A stretch of 31,567 nt of DNA from Lachnospiraceae bacterium (GCA_045639745.1 JAZUDQ010000034.1:1-31567), one strand, 5' to 3'. Positions 1 to 10,874 are shown, counted from the first letter of the stretch. Numbers and translations are program-made. Notes: a model not told the origin generated them from the sequence alone.

Positions 1-648
1 AACCTGCTGAATAACACCATCTTTCATAACTACGATACGGGTACCAAGAGTCATAGCCTCTGTCTGGTCATGTGTAACGTAGATGATGGTTGTACCTAAT
101 CTCTGATGTAACTTAGCGATCTCAATACGCATCTGTACACGAAGTTTTGCATCAAGGTTTGAAAGAGGCTCGTCCATAAGGAATACCTTAGGATTACGAA
201 CGATAGCACGTCCCATTGCAACTCGCTGTCTCTGTCCACCGGAAAGAGCCTTAGGCTTACGGTCTAACAAAGATACAAGGTCAAGAATCTTAGCTGCTTC
301 TTTAACCATTTTATCGATTTCGTCCTGAGGAACTTTACGAAGCTTAAGTCCGAATGCCATGTTATCATATACTGACATATGAGGATACAAAGCGTAGTTC
401 TGGAATACCATTGCGATATCTCTGTCCTTAGGCTCAACATCATTAACCAATCTGTCTCCGATACGAAGTTCACCGGATGAAATATCTTCAAGACCTGCGA
501 TCATACGAAGTGTTGTTGATTTACCACATCCTGAAGGTCCTACGAAGATGATAAATTCCTGATCTGCAATTTCAAGGTTGAAGTTCTTAACAGCTTCAAA
601 ACCGTTAGGATAAACCTTGCAAATGTTCTTAAGTGATAAACTTGCCAT
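1..648 (-). CDS. Sugar ABC transporter ATP-binding subunit, MalK/MsmK/MsmX/UgpC family (first 216 codons; C-terminus lies beyond the window edge)
   Basis: Absent from the ORF track because it is open at the window edge. My minus-strand translation from ATG 648..646 reads [216 protein letters not shown]. It has Walker [10 protein letters not shown], signature LSGGQRQR, Walker B FLMDEPLS and H-loop THDQ. A GGAGG RBS (complement of 660..664) lies about 11 nt upstream. Confidence 0.93.
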   Translation of the reverse strand, partial: MASLSLKNICKVYPNGFEAVKNFNLEIADQEFIIFVGPSGCGKSTTLRMIAGLEDISSGELRIGDRLVNDVEPKDRDIAMVFQNYALYPHMSVYDNMAFGLKLRKVPQDEIDKMVKEAAKILDLVSLLDRKPKALSGGQRQRVAMGRAIVRNPKVFLMDEPLSNLDAKLRVQMRIEIAKLHQRLGTTIIYVTHDQTEAMTLGTRIVVMKDGVIQQV

Positions 649-804
649 TTTTTAAATGTCCTCCTGGTTTAAATTATAGTTATTAAATTATTTCATAACC
701 CGTGTTCTCTGCCGAACACTCACTAATAGATAGTATATACAATTAAAGTAATATATGCTACTGTTATTTTGATTATTTTTCTCTGTCTTTTTTCGTTATT
801 ATAA

Positions 805-2076
805 CTATTTTTTGTATTTTTTCGCAATATTCTCTATGAAGTTCGCTACAAATTCATAATCTCGCGGTTTTCCGTCAATTTGAAAATACGAAATATAATA
901 CAAATCATATTCTTCCGAATAAGCAAATTGAATTAAAACATCTTCGTACCTTCCCTTATAATAAATCTCCCCCTCAAAATTCACATAATCTTTGCCTTCG
1001 GATTTAAAAGCTTCCCAGCCGGGATTATTTGATACCCCTTCCAATAATTCTCCGAATTCAATCTTCGAGCCCGGCACATATTCCGAAATATCCGTCTCTT
1101 TTACAATATCTATTCTTTCATCCGGAATCGGCTTCATCGGAGAAGTCGATATCGATAATGCCACAATTCCCATAATTATTGTAAAAACAATAGAGACTAT
1201 GATTGTTACCGCGGTTTCTCTGAATTTTTCAAAATTTCCTCTGGTAAGTATGTACATTACACCGGCTCCGACAACCGCACCGACAACATGAGCCCACCAG
1301 TTCACACCTGCCGAAGCTGACATAACCGCATAAACAACAACCACCACAATCGCTTTTATAAGATCTGATTTTCGATTCTTTCGATTTTTCTTTATGATAA
1401 GAAAAGCAGAAGAAGCAATCATTCCAAATACTGCTCCGGAAGCTCCGATAGTACATACCATTCTGTCGGGATTAAGAGAATGTGTAATAATAATTGAGGC
1501 TCCTACGGATATTATTCCCGACGCAAAATAAATAATGGTGGTTCGCAACTTGCCAAGTTTTGGTTCAACCACCGAACCTGCTGCCCACAGACCTATCATA
1601 TTGCCGTACAGATGCTGAAAACTCTGATGAAGGAATATACTTGATATCAAGCGATAATACTGATGTCCCTTAGAAAGGTAATCATATCTTGCGCCTCCGA
1701 TTTTAAATAACTTGTCTCCTTCATTGGCAGTAATATAATAAATCAAAACATTTAGCGCTATCAGAATGTATGTTATTATCATACTCTTAAAATTAACATC
1801 CGACTTGTCTGTAATCTTCACACCGTTAACATATGACATTTCATCAAGCTTCTCTTTTGTAATGACATATGTTTCACGATTAAGATCCAATTCCGAAAAA
1901 TCAAAATTATTCTGATACGCCTGATTATTTTGATATACCTGATTAGGCTGATATGGCTGATTATTCGAATTCGTCTCTCCAATCATCCCATAATTGTTTA
2001 TTAGATTATCTTCCCTGTTTATTAACGAAGTATTCCCATCATGATTATTATTGTAAAAATAACCGGAATCGCCCAT
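805..2076 (-). CDS. Rhomboid family intramembrane serine protease with Q/N-rich N-terminus and an extra C-terminal extracytoplasmic domain
   Basis: 423-aa ORF with about 7 hydrophobic helices. Rhomboid signatures are FLHQSFQHLYGNM (H..H...N, TM2), GASGAVFG (GxSG catalytic Ser, TM4) and AHVVGAVVGAG (catalytic His, TM6). An AAGGGG RBS lies about 6 nt before the ATG. Confidence 0.88.
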   Translation of the reverse strand: MGDSGYFYNNNHDGNTSLINREDNLINNYGMIGETNSNNQPYQPNQVYQNNQAYQNNFDFSELDLNRETYVITKEKLDEMSYVNGVKITDKSDVNFKSMIITYILIALNVLIYYITANEGDKLFKIGGARYDYLSKGHQYYRLISSIFLHQSFQHLYGNMIGLWAAGSVVEPKLGKLRTTIIYFASGIISVGASIIITHSLNPDRMVCTIGASGAVFGMIASSAFLIIKKNRKNRKSDLIKAIVVVVVYAVMSASAGVNWWAHVVGAVVGAGVMYILTRGNFEKFRETAVTIIVSIVFTIIMGIVALSISTSPMKPIPDERIDIVKETDISEYVPGSKIEFGELLEGVSNNPGWEAFKSEGKDYVNFEGEIYYKGRYEDVLIQFAYSEEYDLYYISYFQIDGKPRDYEFVANFIENIAKKYKK

Positions 2077-2105
2077 TTATATCCCCTTTTTTCTTGCATC
2101 GATAA

Positions 2106-2762
2106 TCATTCACTATCCTCACCGGTCTTCATCTCATAACCGAATTTTTTAAATATTCCCTTATAAAGATATACGGAAATATGATAAGGAACCGAAAATC
2201 CAAATAATAATACCGGTATTAGCCAATTCGGAAAGAAATACACAACCGCAAACGGAACTAAGTAAAGAATCATAATTAAAATTGTTCCGGGAAAATTTGT
2301 TATGGAAATAAACAAAGCATTTTTCAACGTTCCCTTTACACTGTTTTCAAATGTTGCCTGAAGCGGACATATGTGAACGCCTACCATTGTAAGCAATAAC
2401 ATCAACACCAGCAAAAAAATCTTCAATATACTCGGAACATCTATCTTAATACCAACTAATTCTTCACTGTAAAACATTATCGCCAAATCGCCTACCGCCA
2501 CTGCACCGACCGCAAGCATTATAAGCGATAAAAGAAAACCTTTTTTCAGGTTGTTTTTATAAGCAACTATAAACGTGTCGGTAACATGTGCATCCTCTTT
2601 GTTGGCAATTTTTTTACAACAGTAGAACAATGTCGAAAAAGAAACCGCAACAGTCACTATCGGTATACAACCGATGACTGTAAGAATTCCGAGCCACATA
2701 TAATCTGCCATTCTTGATAAAAAACGAAATATTATACCTTCATCACTAAAAATCTTACTCAT
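2106..2762 (-). CDS. YesL/DUF624 family integral membrane protein
   Basis: 218-aa ORF. The N-terminal FRFLSRMADYMWLGILTVIGCIPIVT pattern and 5-6 hydrophobic helices are typical of DUF624/YesL. Its ATG shares one nucleotide with the stop of the upstream GNAT gene (TAATG). Confidence 0.72.
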   Translation of the reverse strand: MSKIFSDEGIIFRFLSRMADYMWLGILTVIGCIPIVTVAVSFSTLFYCCKKIANKEDAHVTDTFIVAYKNNLKKGFLLSLIMLAVGAVAVGDLAIMFYSEELVGIKIDVPSILKIFLLVLMLLLTMVGVHICPLQATFENSVKGTLKNALFISITNFPGTILIMILYLVPFAVVYFFPNWLIPVLLFGFSVPYHISVYLYKGIFKKFGYEMKTGEDSE

Positions 2763-3244
2763 TAAAACTCCGCTTTCATCGGTGTATAAACAATACCTTC
2801 CGATTCCTGTTTTTCTCCGGTATCCGAAAAACCCTGTTTTCGATAGAATTCAAGCGCATATGGTGCCGCATTTACCGTACATGTGTGCACACCTCTCTCT
2901 TCTATCAGATACATTTTAACATATTCAATAAGGCTCTTTCCTATACCTTTTTTGTGATAAGCATCATTAACAAAAAGCAATGATATGTGATTTACATTTC
3001 TAAGAGAAATAATCCCAATTATTCCGTTCTTTGATTCCTCTAATCTCTCAACAGCCACAAACAGTCTGTATTCACCTTTTAAAAACATCTTGAACAGAAT
3101 ATTATCGGATATGAAATCCAGAAAACTTTTACTTCCTTCCTCTCCGTACTCCGCTGCCTCATATTTACTAAAAACCAGCCAAGCAAGACTCATGGCATCT
3201 TCCCACTCGTCCCGATTGGCCGGTCTGATATCATATTTTAACAA
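2762..3244 (-). CDS. GNAT family N-acetyltransferase
   Basis: 160-aa ORF with the acetyl-CoA motif HKKGIGKSLIEY (Q/R-x-x-G-x-G/A) and a C-terminal FYRKQGF. The start is TTG at 3244, inside the last codons of metG (ATT TGT TAA). There is no in-frame ATG before residue 18. A G-rich stretch (GGGGGCAGAG) lies just upstream. Confidence 0.85.
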   Translation of the reverse strand: MLKYDIRPANRDEWEDAMSLAWLVFSKYEAAEYGEEGSKSFLDFISDNILFKMFLKGEYRLFVAVERLEESKNGIIGIISLRNVNHISLLFVNDAYHKKGIGKSLIEYVKMYLIEERGVHTCTVNAAPYALEFYRKQGFSDTGEKQESEGIVYTPMKAEF

Positions 3245-5211
3245 ATCTCTGCCCCCGAAGGCATATCTTTCTCAGGAGTAAGAAGAGCCAAATTACCGTC
3301 TGCATCTTCAGCGCAAAGAAGCATTCCTTCCGAAACGACTCCTGCAAGTGTTGCCGGTTTGAGGTTACACAATACCATAACTTTCTTACCTACCATCTCT
3401 TCCGCACTGTAATGCTGTTTAATTCCGGAAACTATCTGCTTTACTTCCGAGCCTATCTTAACCTGTGAGCAAAGAAGCTTCTTTGATTTGGGAACTTCCT
3501 CACACTTAATTATTTTTCCGACTCTGAACTGAAGTTTATCAAAATCACCGTACTCTATTTCCGGCTTTTTATCCACATCTATTACAGGTTCATCCGTTTC
3601 TGAAACAATACCGTTTTCTTTTTCGTATTCGGCTCGTTGCAGTGCCTGAATCTCCTCAACCTTTTCCATCACAATCTTGAGATCCTGACGGGCAAATAAC
3701 ATCTCAGGTTTGTCAATTACTTTAGTACCGCTCTTATAAAGTCCGAATTTATCAAGTTCTTCATATGCTCTTGCTTCCGTACTGAGCTGTGCAAAAATCT
3801 TTTCCGAAGTCTCCGGCATAAACGGTGCGAGAAGACTTGCTCCGATTGTAATTGCCTCTGTTAAATTATACATTACCTCGGAAAGTCTGTCTTTCTTGGC
3901 CTCATCCTTAGCAAGAACCCAAGGTTCTGTCTCATCGATATACTTGTTACATCTTCTGAAGACATTAAATACTTCCGAAATGGCATCGTTCACACGAAGT
4001 TCGTCCATTTTCTTCTGAACCTTTTCCCTTGCCCCAACAGTAACTGCCTTAAGATCACTGTCAAAGCTGTCGGTAACACCTGTAGAGGTAACAACGCCAT
4101 CAAAATATTTATTGGTCATCGATATTGTTCTGTTAACAAGATTTCCGAGAATATTGGCCAGTTCGGAATTAAATCTCTCAACAAAAAGTTCCCATGTAAT
4201 AGTTCCGTCATTCTCGTAAGGCATCTCATGAAGAACAAAATAACGAACGGAATCAACTCCGAAAAGTCCGATTAAATCATCCGCATAAATAACATTTCCT
4301 CTTGATTTACTCATCTTCTCGCCGCCCTGAAGAAGCCATGGATGACCAAATACCTGCTTGGGCAAAGGCTCTCCCAGTGCCATAAGGAAAATCGGCCAAT
4401 AAATTGTATGGAAACGAACTATATCTTTTCCTATAAGATGTAAATCAGCCGGCCAGTATTTCTTATACTGATCCGATGAATTACCGTCACAGTCAAATCC
4501 TATTCCGGTAATATAATTGGTAAGTGCGTCAAGCCATACGTAAACAACATGCTTATCGTCAAAATCAACCGGTATTCCCCATTTAAATGAGGTACGGGAA
4601 ACACATAAATCCTGAAGTCCCGGAAGAAGGAAATTGTTCAGCATTTCATTTTTCCTTGACACAGGCTGTATAAACTCGGGATGTGTATTAATATAATCAA
4701 TAAGTTTATCGGCATACTTACTCATCTTGAAGAAATATGCTTCTTCCTTTGCAGGCTGAACATCTCTTCCGCAATCGGGACATTTTCCGTCCTTAAGCTG
4801 GCTTTCTGTCCAAAATGACTCACAAGGTGTACAATACATTCCTTCGTATGAACTCTTATATATATCTCCCTGATCATAGAAGCGCTTAAACATCTTCTTA
4901 ACCTGTGCTTCATGATATTCGTCCGTTGTACGTATAAAATGATCATAAGAAACATTAAGACTGTCACAAATGTCACGAATCTGTCCCGCAACATCATCAA
5001 CAAACTGCTTGGGTGTAATTCCGGCAGCCTCTGCCTTTAATTCTATCTTCTGACCGTGCTCATCTGTACCTGTCTGAAAATGAACATCATAACCCTGCAT
5101 TCTTTTATATCTTGCGATGGCATCAGCCATTACTATTTCATAACTGTTACCTATATGAGGCTTTCCCGAAGTATATGCTATTGCTGTTGTAATATAATAT
5201 TTTTCTGCCAT
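3238..5211 (-). CDS. metG: Methionine--tRNA ligase with C-terminal EMAP/Trbp111-type tRNA-binding domain
   Basis: HIGN (HIGH) motif in TSGKPHIGNSYE, a KMSKS motif, Zn-knuckle cysteines (CTPC...CPDC) and a C-terminal GKIIKCEEVPKSKKLLCSQVKIG tRNA-binding module. The second ATG (5211) has GGAG about 8 nt upstream, so I prefer it to the track start at 5217. Confidence 0.97.
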   Translation of the reverse strand: MAEKYYITTAIAYTSGKPHIGNSYEIVMADAIARYKRMQGYDVHFQTGTDEHGQKIELKAEAAGITPKQFVDDVAGQIRDICDSLNVSYDHFIRTTDEYHEAQVKKMFKRFYDQGDIYKSSYEGMYCTPCESFWTESQLKDGKCPDCGRDVQPAKEEAYFFKMSKYADKLIDYINTHPEFIQPVSRKNEMLNNFLLPGLQDLCVSRTSFKWGIPVDFDDKHVVYVWLDALTNYITGIGFDCDGNSSDQYKKYWPADLHLIGKDIVRFHTIYWPIFLMALGEPLPKQVFGHPWLLQGGEKMSKSRGNVIYADDLIGLFGVDSVRYFVLHEMPYENDGTITWELFVERFNSELANILGNLVNRTISMTNKYFDGVVTSTGVTDSFDSDLKAVTVGAREKVQKKMDELRVNDAISEVFNVFRRCNKYIDETEPWVLAKDEAKKDRLSEVMYNLTEAITIGASLLAPFMPETSEKIFAQLSTEARAYEELDKFGLYKSGTKVIDKPEMLFARQDLKIVMEKVEEIQALQRAEYEKENGIVSETDEPVIDVDKKPEIEYGDFDKLQFRVGKIIKCEEVPKSKKLLCSQVKIGSEVKQIVSGIKQHYSAEEMVGKKVMVLCNLKPATLAGVVSEGMLLCAEDADGNLALLTPEKDMPSGAEIC

Positions 5212-5234
5212 GTTCATCGCTCCTATCTTTAATT

Positions 5235-7841
5235 CTATTCCGTCGGAGTATCCTGCGGCGTAACTTCCGGATTCTCAGCAGGCGGTGTTTCCTCAGTCTC
5301 CGGCTCAGGCTCAATCGGATCGATCTCCGGATATGTATCCGGTATACCGTCGCCGTCCGTATCTATTCCGTTAGCCTCAAGTTCGGCTTGAGCTGCCTCC
5401 GCAGCAGCTGCTGCAGCTTCCTCTGCGGCCCTGTCCTCGGCAGTACGTTCAATCGCCATCTGCTCTCTTTCCAATTCTTCCGTGTATTCTTCTTCTGTCA
5501 TGAGTCCGCTGTTATAGTAAACAAATAAATAAAAATTACTTGTTAACAATTTATTGGCGGCATTATATTCCGACTCTGTATATTCTATCATTGCATTCAG
5601 ATACTCATCAAGTTCTTCCTGCTCGTACTCTTCGGTGTCAATAAGCCATTCCGCACTTCCGTTTACGGCATTGTATTTTACGGTATCTGTTATAAAACTT
5701 CCGTTATAAAGCCTTGCCCTGTGGATACCGTTAACAGAGAAAATGTCATTTCCGGCAAGCAATCTGCTTTCATATTCAATATTGAAAAGGTTAAGTATTG
5801 TAGGATAAATATCCACATTGCAGCAAGGAGTATCTACATATATAGGTTCCTCCATTCCCGCATTATAAATTATACAAGTTGAATGATACTGTTCAAAGTT
5901 ATTGTCAATCTCATAACCTGCTATTGAATCTCTTCCGCTTTCCGACAGGTTATAAGGACAATGGTCTCCGGCAATAACAATTACGGTATTATCCAGCTTA
6001 CCTGCTTCCTCAAGTCTTTCAAGAAGGTATGCCATAGCCTGATCGAATTCATATTCACCGGCCAAATAATATTGTGCATCATAAGTCAGATCGTTAAATC
6101 TGTCACCCATAAGATCCTTAACATTATTGTAATTCTTATTTCCTATATAGTTGGAAGATGTATAAGGACCATGTCCGCTAAAGGTCATATAATATGTCTG
6201 GAATGTATCACACTCAATATAATCATCTATTGACTGCTCCATCATCTCAAGATCCGAAGCAGGCCAATACGAGGTAAATGTCATTCCGTCATTAAGGAAT
6301 TTCATAGTATCAAATCCAAGATTAGGCCATGAATAACTTCTTCTGTAATAATATCCGAGATAATTATGATAAGCAAATGTCTCTGCACCTGCCGTCTTAA
6401 ACAAATCGCCCATTCCCATAGGCATAAACTTCTCTGCAGATTGAGGGAACGAACCAACATCTGTTCCGCAGGCTGCATATCTTGATACATTAGGCCACAA
6501 ACTTGTCAAAAATGCATATTCTCCGTTAGTGGTCGTATTAAGAAAACTGTTGTAATAATTATTAAGGACGATACCGTTATTGGCCATCATATAAAGAGTA
6601 GGTGTAACATCAGGATCAATTGCAACACTTGAAAAGCTCTCGGCTGTTATATAGATAAGATTATATCCTTCAAACATACCTGTATATTCATTGGTCTCTG
6701 TCGGCGGCTTTGTTGCATAGTATTCACAAAGTGCGAGCGTATCATCATCCGTAGCAAGTTCCGAAAGTGCTTCAAAATCAATTTCTTCAAGAACTCTCGG
6801 TTCCGGAACAAACTCCGGCTCATTTGAAGATACGGCATTGGTACTTACCGGAGCAGGAGCAGTCGTCGGCGTAAGTGTAAGCGCTTCAACATTTACGCTT
6901 GCAACCATAGGTTCATCCGTTTCGACATTCATTCCGAGATAGAAAATACCACCTTCAAGAACACTGGTAGCAAGAAGTCCTATTTTTTCCGAAGTGGTAT
7001 CGGTATTTGAAGTACTGCTGTGAAATACATAATATGCAGACTGTCTCTCGGTTCCGCCGAGGCGAAGCAGGGCAACTCCCAAAATCCATGTCACACATGT
7101 AAATACCAAAGTAACAATATGAAGCAACCACACATACTGTTTCGAAGCTTTCTTCATACCTATTGCAAGAGCAAGAATAACCACAAAAGGAATCGCCATA
7201 ATGAGCATCTGCCAGATACTTGCAATAAGCGTATCTTTAAGTGCCCACCAGAAATTACCCATCGCCGTCTTTCCCATTCCTGTCATACTTATTGAGAAAA
7301 ATGAACCGAAATTATTATGATAAACCAACTGAATAATATAGTATGCCGTAATCACAAACGACACCACCGACATTATAAGTCTGTTGATTATCTTATTTTT
7401 GAATATTCCGCACAATGTTGAGAAAAACATTGCTTCCGCAGGAATAAATAATAAGAAATAGAAATTATCCTTTGAAATCTTTCCTGCAACCTGATATCTG
7501 ACAAACAACTCCAAACCGGTAATCATAATTGCAAATATCAGAAAATCAACACCGAACGTAGGTAAATCTTCAATTAATCTTTTAACAATATGTTCTTTTT
7601 TGTCAACTTTATCCGCATTTGCCGTTTCTTCTGCTTCATTCTCGGATTCTTTAACCAATTCTGCCGTTTTTTCGGTATCATTGGCAGTACCTTCATCCTC
7701 ACCGACAACTTCATAATCAAAATCATCTTCAAAATCTTCAATAAAAATATCGGCATTTTCTTTTTTTATAAGTTCATCGCCGTTAACGAGAACCTCTTCC
7801 GGCAAATCCAAATCAGTTATATTAATTGTATCTGTTTTCAT
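5235..7841 (-). CDS. LTA-synthase/sulfatase family membrane protein (LtaS-like phosphoglycerol transferase) with acidic N-terminal and low-complexity C-terminal extensions
   Basis: It has about 5 TM helices followed by an extracytoplasmic alkaline-phosphatase-superfamily domain. Motifs are ITAESFS, NTTTNGEYAFLTSLWP (candidate Thr nucleophile region) and VIVIAGDHCPY. The track start 7874 is TTG. ATG 7841 (MKTDTINIT...) has GAGGAAG 5 nt upstream and sits a sensible distance from the promoter at 7882..7910. Confidence 0.8.
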   Translation of the reverse strand: MKTDTINITDLDLPEEVLVNGDELIKKENADIFIEDFEDDFDYEVVGEDEGTANDTEKTAELVKESENEAEETANADKVDKKEHIVKRLIEDLPTFGVDFLIFAIMITGLELFVRYQVAGKISKDNFYFLLFIPAEAMFFSTLCGIFKNKIINRLIMSVVSFVITAYYIIQLVYHNNFGSFFSISMTGMGKTAMGNFWWALKDTLIASIWQMLIMAIPFVVILALAIGMKKASKQYVWLLHIVTLVFTCVTWILGVALLRLGGTERQSAYYVFHSSTSNTDTTSEKIGLLATSVLEGGIFYLGMNVETDEPMVASVNVEALTLTPTTAPAPVSTNAVSSNEPEFVPEPRVLEEIDFEALSELATDDDTLALCEYYATKPPTETNEYTGMFEGYNLIYITAESFSSVAIDPDVTPTLYMMANNGIVLNNYYNSFLNTTTNGEYAFLTSLWPNVSRYAACGTDVGSFPQSAEKFMPMGMGDLFKTAGAETFAYHNYLGYYYRRSYSWPNLGFDTMKFLNDGMTFTSYWPASDLEMMEQSIDDYIECDTFQTYYMTFSGHGPYTSSNYIGNKNYNNVKDLMGDRFNDLTYDAQYYLAGEYEFDQAMAYLLERLEEAGKLDNTVIVIAGDHCPYNLSESGRDSIAGYEIDNNFEQYHSTCIIYNAGMEEPIYVDTPCCNVDIYPTILNLFNIEYESRLLAGNDIFSVNGIHRARLYNGSFITDTVKYNAVNGSAEWLIDTEEYEQEELDEYLNAMIEYTESEYNAANKLLTSNFYLFVYYNSGLMTEEEYTEELEREQMAIERTAEDRAAEEAAAAAAEAAQAELEANGIDTDGDGIPDTYPEIDPIEPEPETEETPPAENPEVTPQDTPTE

Positions 7842-7881
7842 TTCTTCCTCTGTGTTGAACCCGTCCCTTTTCAACGCACAT

Positions 7882-7910
7882 ATTCTATATCAGAATTGTC
7901 AAAATTTCAA
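7882..7910 (-). promoter_or_regulatory. Sigma-A-type promoter for the LtaS-like/metG/GNAT/yesL/rhomboid operon
   Basis: The minus strand reads TTGAAA-17 nt-TAGAAT (complements of 7905..7910 and 7882..7887). It lies in the only sizeable intergenic gap of the train (7875..7951). Confidence 0.45.
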
Positions 7911-7951
7911 TTGGATTTTTATTCATATTTTTTAATAATCTGACATAAGAT

Positions 7952-9136
7952 TTAATAATTTTCTTTTACAAATCTTCTCAATGCATCAAGCGAACGCTCA
8001 ACCTTTTCGGTATCAATGCAATATGCCATTCTGAAATAGCCTTCAACTCCGAAGGAATCACTCGGTACAAGAATAAGATCATATTTCTTTGCTTTTTCGC
8101 TGAATGCTTTTGCATCGTTTTCAAGAGCTTTAGGGAAAATATAAAATGTTCCGCCCGGTTTAACCACTTCAAATCCGAGACTTACAAGTTCTTTATACAA
8201 TATATTCATATTTGTCTCGTATACCGAAAGGTCACTGGTCTTATCTATTACCTTGTTAACCGCAAGCTGAATAAGCGATGCCGGGCAGTTATGTCCTGTT
8301 CCGCGGCTGATCTGACAACACATAGGAACAATAAGTTCCGCATCTTTTGCTGCGGGATTTACCGCAACATAACCAAGTCTTTCTCCCGGAATCGAAAGTG
8401 ATTTAGAATACGAATAACAAGACAATGTATTGTCATAAAATTTTGAAACATAAGGAGCATCCACACCTTCAAACACAATTTCTCTGTAAGGTTCGTCGGA
8501 AATAATAAATATCTCGTGTCCGTATTCTTTTTCCTTATCGGTAAGAATTTCAGCGAGTTTCTTAACAGTCTCTGTTGAATATACAATTCCGGAAGGATTG
8601 TTAGGTGTATTAATAAGCACTGCATGTACCTTTTCGTTAAGCATTTCCTCGAACTTATCAAAATTTATCTGAAAAGATGAAGTATCCGCGGGAACAACCT
8701 TAAGAACCGCCCCCGACTTATTAATATAAGGATTATATTCCGGAAAATACGGTGCAAATGTAAGCACTTCATCACCGGGCTTTGTAACACATCTTACCGC
8801 ATGAGCAACCGCACCTGCGGCACCGCTTGTCATGAAAATATGATCCATTTTATAATTCATTCCGAATCTTCTGTTTAATGAATCTGCGGTAACCTGTCTT
8901 GCTTCGGGATTACCGGGATTAGGACTGTAGCCGTGAAGGTATGCGCTGTCTTTTGTCTGAAGAAGTTCAATCATAGCCTCCGTAAGTTCCTTCGGAACAG
9001 GTACGGAAGGATTACCGAGACTGTAATCAAAAACATTTTCATATCCTATTTCTTTTCCTCTTTCGGTAGCATACACCGACAATGCTCTTATTACCGAAGG
9101 AGCCTTTATCATTTCCTTAAATTCCTGATTAATCAT
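7952..9136 (-). CDS. Pyridoxal-phosphate-dependent aminotransferase, class I/II (AspC/AlaT-like)
   Basis: SYSKSLSIPGERLGY carries the Schiff-base Lys in its SKS context. INTPNNPSG and GAAGAV motifs are also present. A GGAGGA RBS lies 8 nt before ATG 9136 (MINQEF...). The track start 9154 is GTG. Confidence 0.9.
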   Translation of the reverse strand: MINQEFKEMIKAPSVIRALSVYATERGKEIGYENVFDYSLGNPSVPVPKELTEAMIELLQTKDSAYLHGYSPNPGNPEARQVTADSLNRRFGMNYKMDHIFMTSGAAGAVAHAVRCVTKPGDEVLTFAPYFPEYNPYINKSGAVLKVVPADTSSFQINFDKFEEMLNEKVHAVLINTPNNPSGIVYSTETVKKLAEILTDKEKEYGHEIFIISDEPYREIVFEGVDAPYVSKFYDNTLSCYSYSKSLSIPGERLGYVAVNPAAKDAELIVPMCCQISRGTGHNCPASLIQLAVNKVIDKTSDLSVYETNMNILYKELVSLGFEVVKPGGTFYIFPKALENDAKAFSEKAKKYDLILVPSDSFGVEGYFRMAYCIDTEKVERSLDALRRFVKENY

Positions 9137-9166
9137 ATTTTTATCCTCCATCACTATCCAAATTCT

Positions 9167-10123
9167 TTAATAAACGAGATTTCTGTCTTCTCCCTTTATG
9201 TACGCCTCGACATTCTTGAATGCTTCCAGAACACATCGCCTTCTTGCCTCAACACTGGCCCATGCCATGTGAGGGGTAATAATGAGTCTGTCAGAATCCT
9301 TAAAATTCGAAAGCGGATTCTCATCCGTAATAGGCTCTGCGGTTATTACATCAAGGCCGGCTCCCGCTATTTTATTGTTGACAAGAGCTTTATAAAGATC
9401 TTCATTGTTGACTACGCCGCCCCTTGCGACATTGACAAGTATCGCCGTAGTCTTCATCTTATCAAAAGCATCTCTGTCAATAATATTTCTTGTTTTTTCA
9501 TTAAGCGGACAATGGCAACTTATAATATCCGATTCTTTTAAAAGAGTATTAAAATCAACCTCTTCATATCCGCAATCATGATTTTTCCCTCCGGTTGAAT
9601 AATAAATCACTCTTGCTCCAAAACTCTCCGCAACTTTCGCAACGCCTTTTCCTATATTACCCATACCGATGATTCCCCAGGTCTTTCCGCTAAGCTCCGT
9701 GAAGGTCTTATCGTAGCATGTAAAACGGCCGCTGTCTCTGTACTGACCGGATTTTACAAAATCATCATAAAAGCTCAGATGCTCCAACACATAAAATGCC
9801 AGAGCAAATGTATGCTGAACAACCGAAGGCGTCGAATAATTACTGACATTGCATACTTTTATACCACGTTTTTTACAATAATCAATATCTATATTGTCAA
9901 AACCTGTGGCAAATTCCGCAATAAGTCCGATATTTTTTGCATTTTTCAAAGTTTCTTCACACAGTTTTGACTTATTGGCAATTACAATATCTGCATCCTT
10001 AACACGCTCCGCAATTTCCGAATATGCAGTATTATCATATGAAGTAACATTTCCGAGACTGTCAAAACATTCAACACTTACGTCAGCCCCTACCGTATTT
10101 CTTTCAAGAATTACTATATTCAA
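9167..10123 (-). CDS. D-isomer-specific 2-hydroxyacid dehydrogenase (glycerate/hydroxypyruvate or aryl-/alkyl-lactate dehydrogenase-like)
   Basis: NAD-binding GIIGMGNIGKGVA (GxGxxG), plus the family segments LVNVARGGVV and ITPHMAWAS. The track start is GTG 10171, 68 nt inside the PHP gene. TTG 10123 gives MNIVILE..., which matches the usual N-termini of this family. The start remains uncertain (10123, 10132, 10153 or 10171). Confidence 0.85.
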   Translation of the reverse strand: MNIVILERNTVGADVSVECFDSLGNVTSYDNTAYSEIAERVKDADIVIANKSKLCEETLKNAKNIGLIAEFATGFDNIDIDYCKKRGIKVCNVSNYSTPSVVQHTFALAFYVLEHLSFYDDFVKSGQYRDSGRFTCYDKTFTELSGKTWGIIGMGNIGKGVAKVAESFGARVIYYSTGGKNHDCGYEEVDFNTLLKESDIISCHCPLNEKTRNIIDRDAFDKMKTTAILVNVARGGVVNNEDLYKALVNNKIAGAGLDVITAEPITDENPLSNFKDSDRLIITPHMAWASVEARRRCVLEAFKNVEAYIKGEDRNLVY

Positions 10124-10874
10124 TCTTTTCAAGCCCCCGGCCTTTCTTATCAAGATAATTGTTTCCGTCACATACTATATAATCTTCTCCTGCAAGTATT
10201 GCTCTTACCACATCCTCGGCAGAAGTTTTTTTCTCCTTAAAGGATACCCCTCCGTTCAACACAAATGTAGTATGAACATCACTTCCCGCAGTAACCGCTT
10301 TATTATATTTAATCGCATATTCCGTCGCTTTTATATCCCAACCGTGATTATTATGTGATTTCGAAAACGGATTGGAATGAGTGGCATTCGCAATCTCCAC
10401 CGCATCGACAAAATCAGGAAAAAGTCTTATTTCCGGTATATAATACTCTTCTCTGAACGGATGGGCATGTGAAACCATTCCTCCTCCGTCATGAATTATT
10501 CTAAACTGATCTTCTATCGTTGCTTCCCATAATTCCTCATGATTTTCCAACCATTGCGGGGTTAAACCGTATATCAAAAATTCGGTTCCCCGAAATCCGG
10601 CTTCCCAGCCGAAAAATACATCCAGTTCGACCTTATCGCCTTCTCTCAGAGCATTATAATATCCTTTTGAAAATTCTCTTACCCATTCTTTGTACGGAAG
10701 GTGTCTGTCAATTGCCGTATTGCCTCCCCATGCATGGTCCGTTACAAATATTCCGCTGTACCCCGCTTCTTTATGAGCTCGTACCATCTCCGCTCCCGTG
10801 TTTCCCGCACAGGCACTGGCTTCAGATGTGTGCAAATGCATTTCGTATTTATACGGGTAACTGTTTATTATCAT
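10104..10874 (-). CDS. PHP-domain metal-dependent phosphoesterase
   Basis: Metal-ligand motifs of the PHP fold are present: MHLHT (HxH), VTDH, SHAHP and GSDVH. A strong GGGAGG RBS lies 6 nt before the ATG. The start overlaps the upstream membrane-protein gene by 26 nt. Confidence 0.82.
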   Translation of the reverse strand: MIINSYPYKYEMHLHTSEASACAGNTGAEMVRAHKEAGYSGIFVTDHAWGGNTAIDRHLPYKEWVREFSKGYYNALREGDKVELDVFFGWEAGFRGTEFLIYGLTPQWLENHEELWEATIEDQFRIIHDGGGMVSHAHPFREEYYIPEIRLFPDFVDAVEIANATHSNPFSKSHNNHGWDIKATEYAIKYNKAVTAGSDVHTTFVLNGGVSFKEKKTSAEDVVRAILAGEDYIVCDGNNYLDKKGRGLEKIEYSNS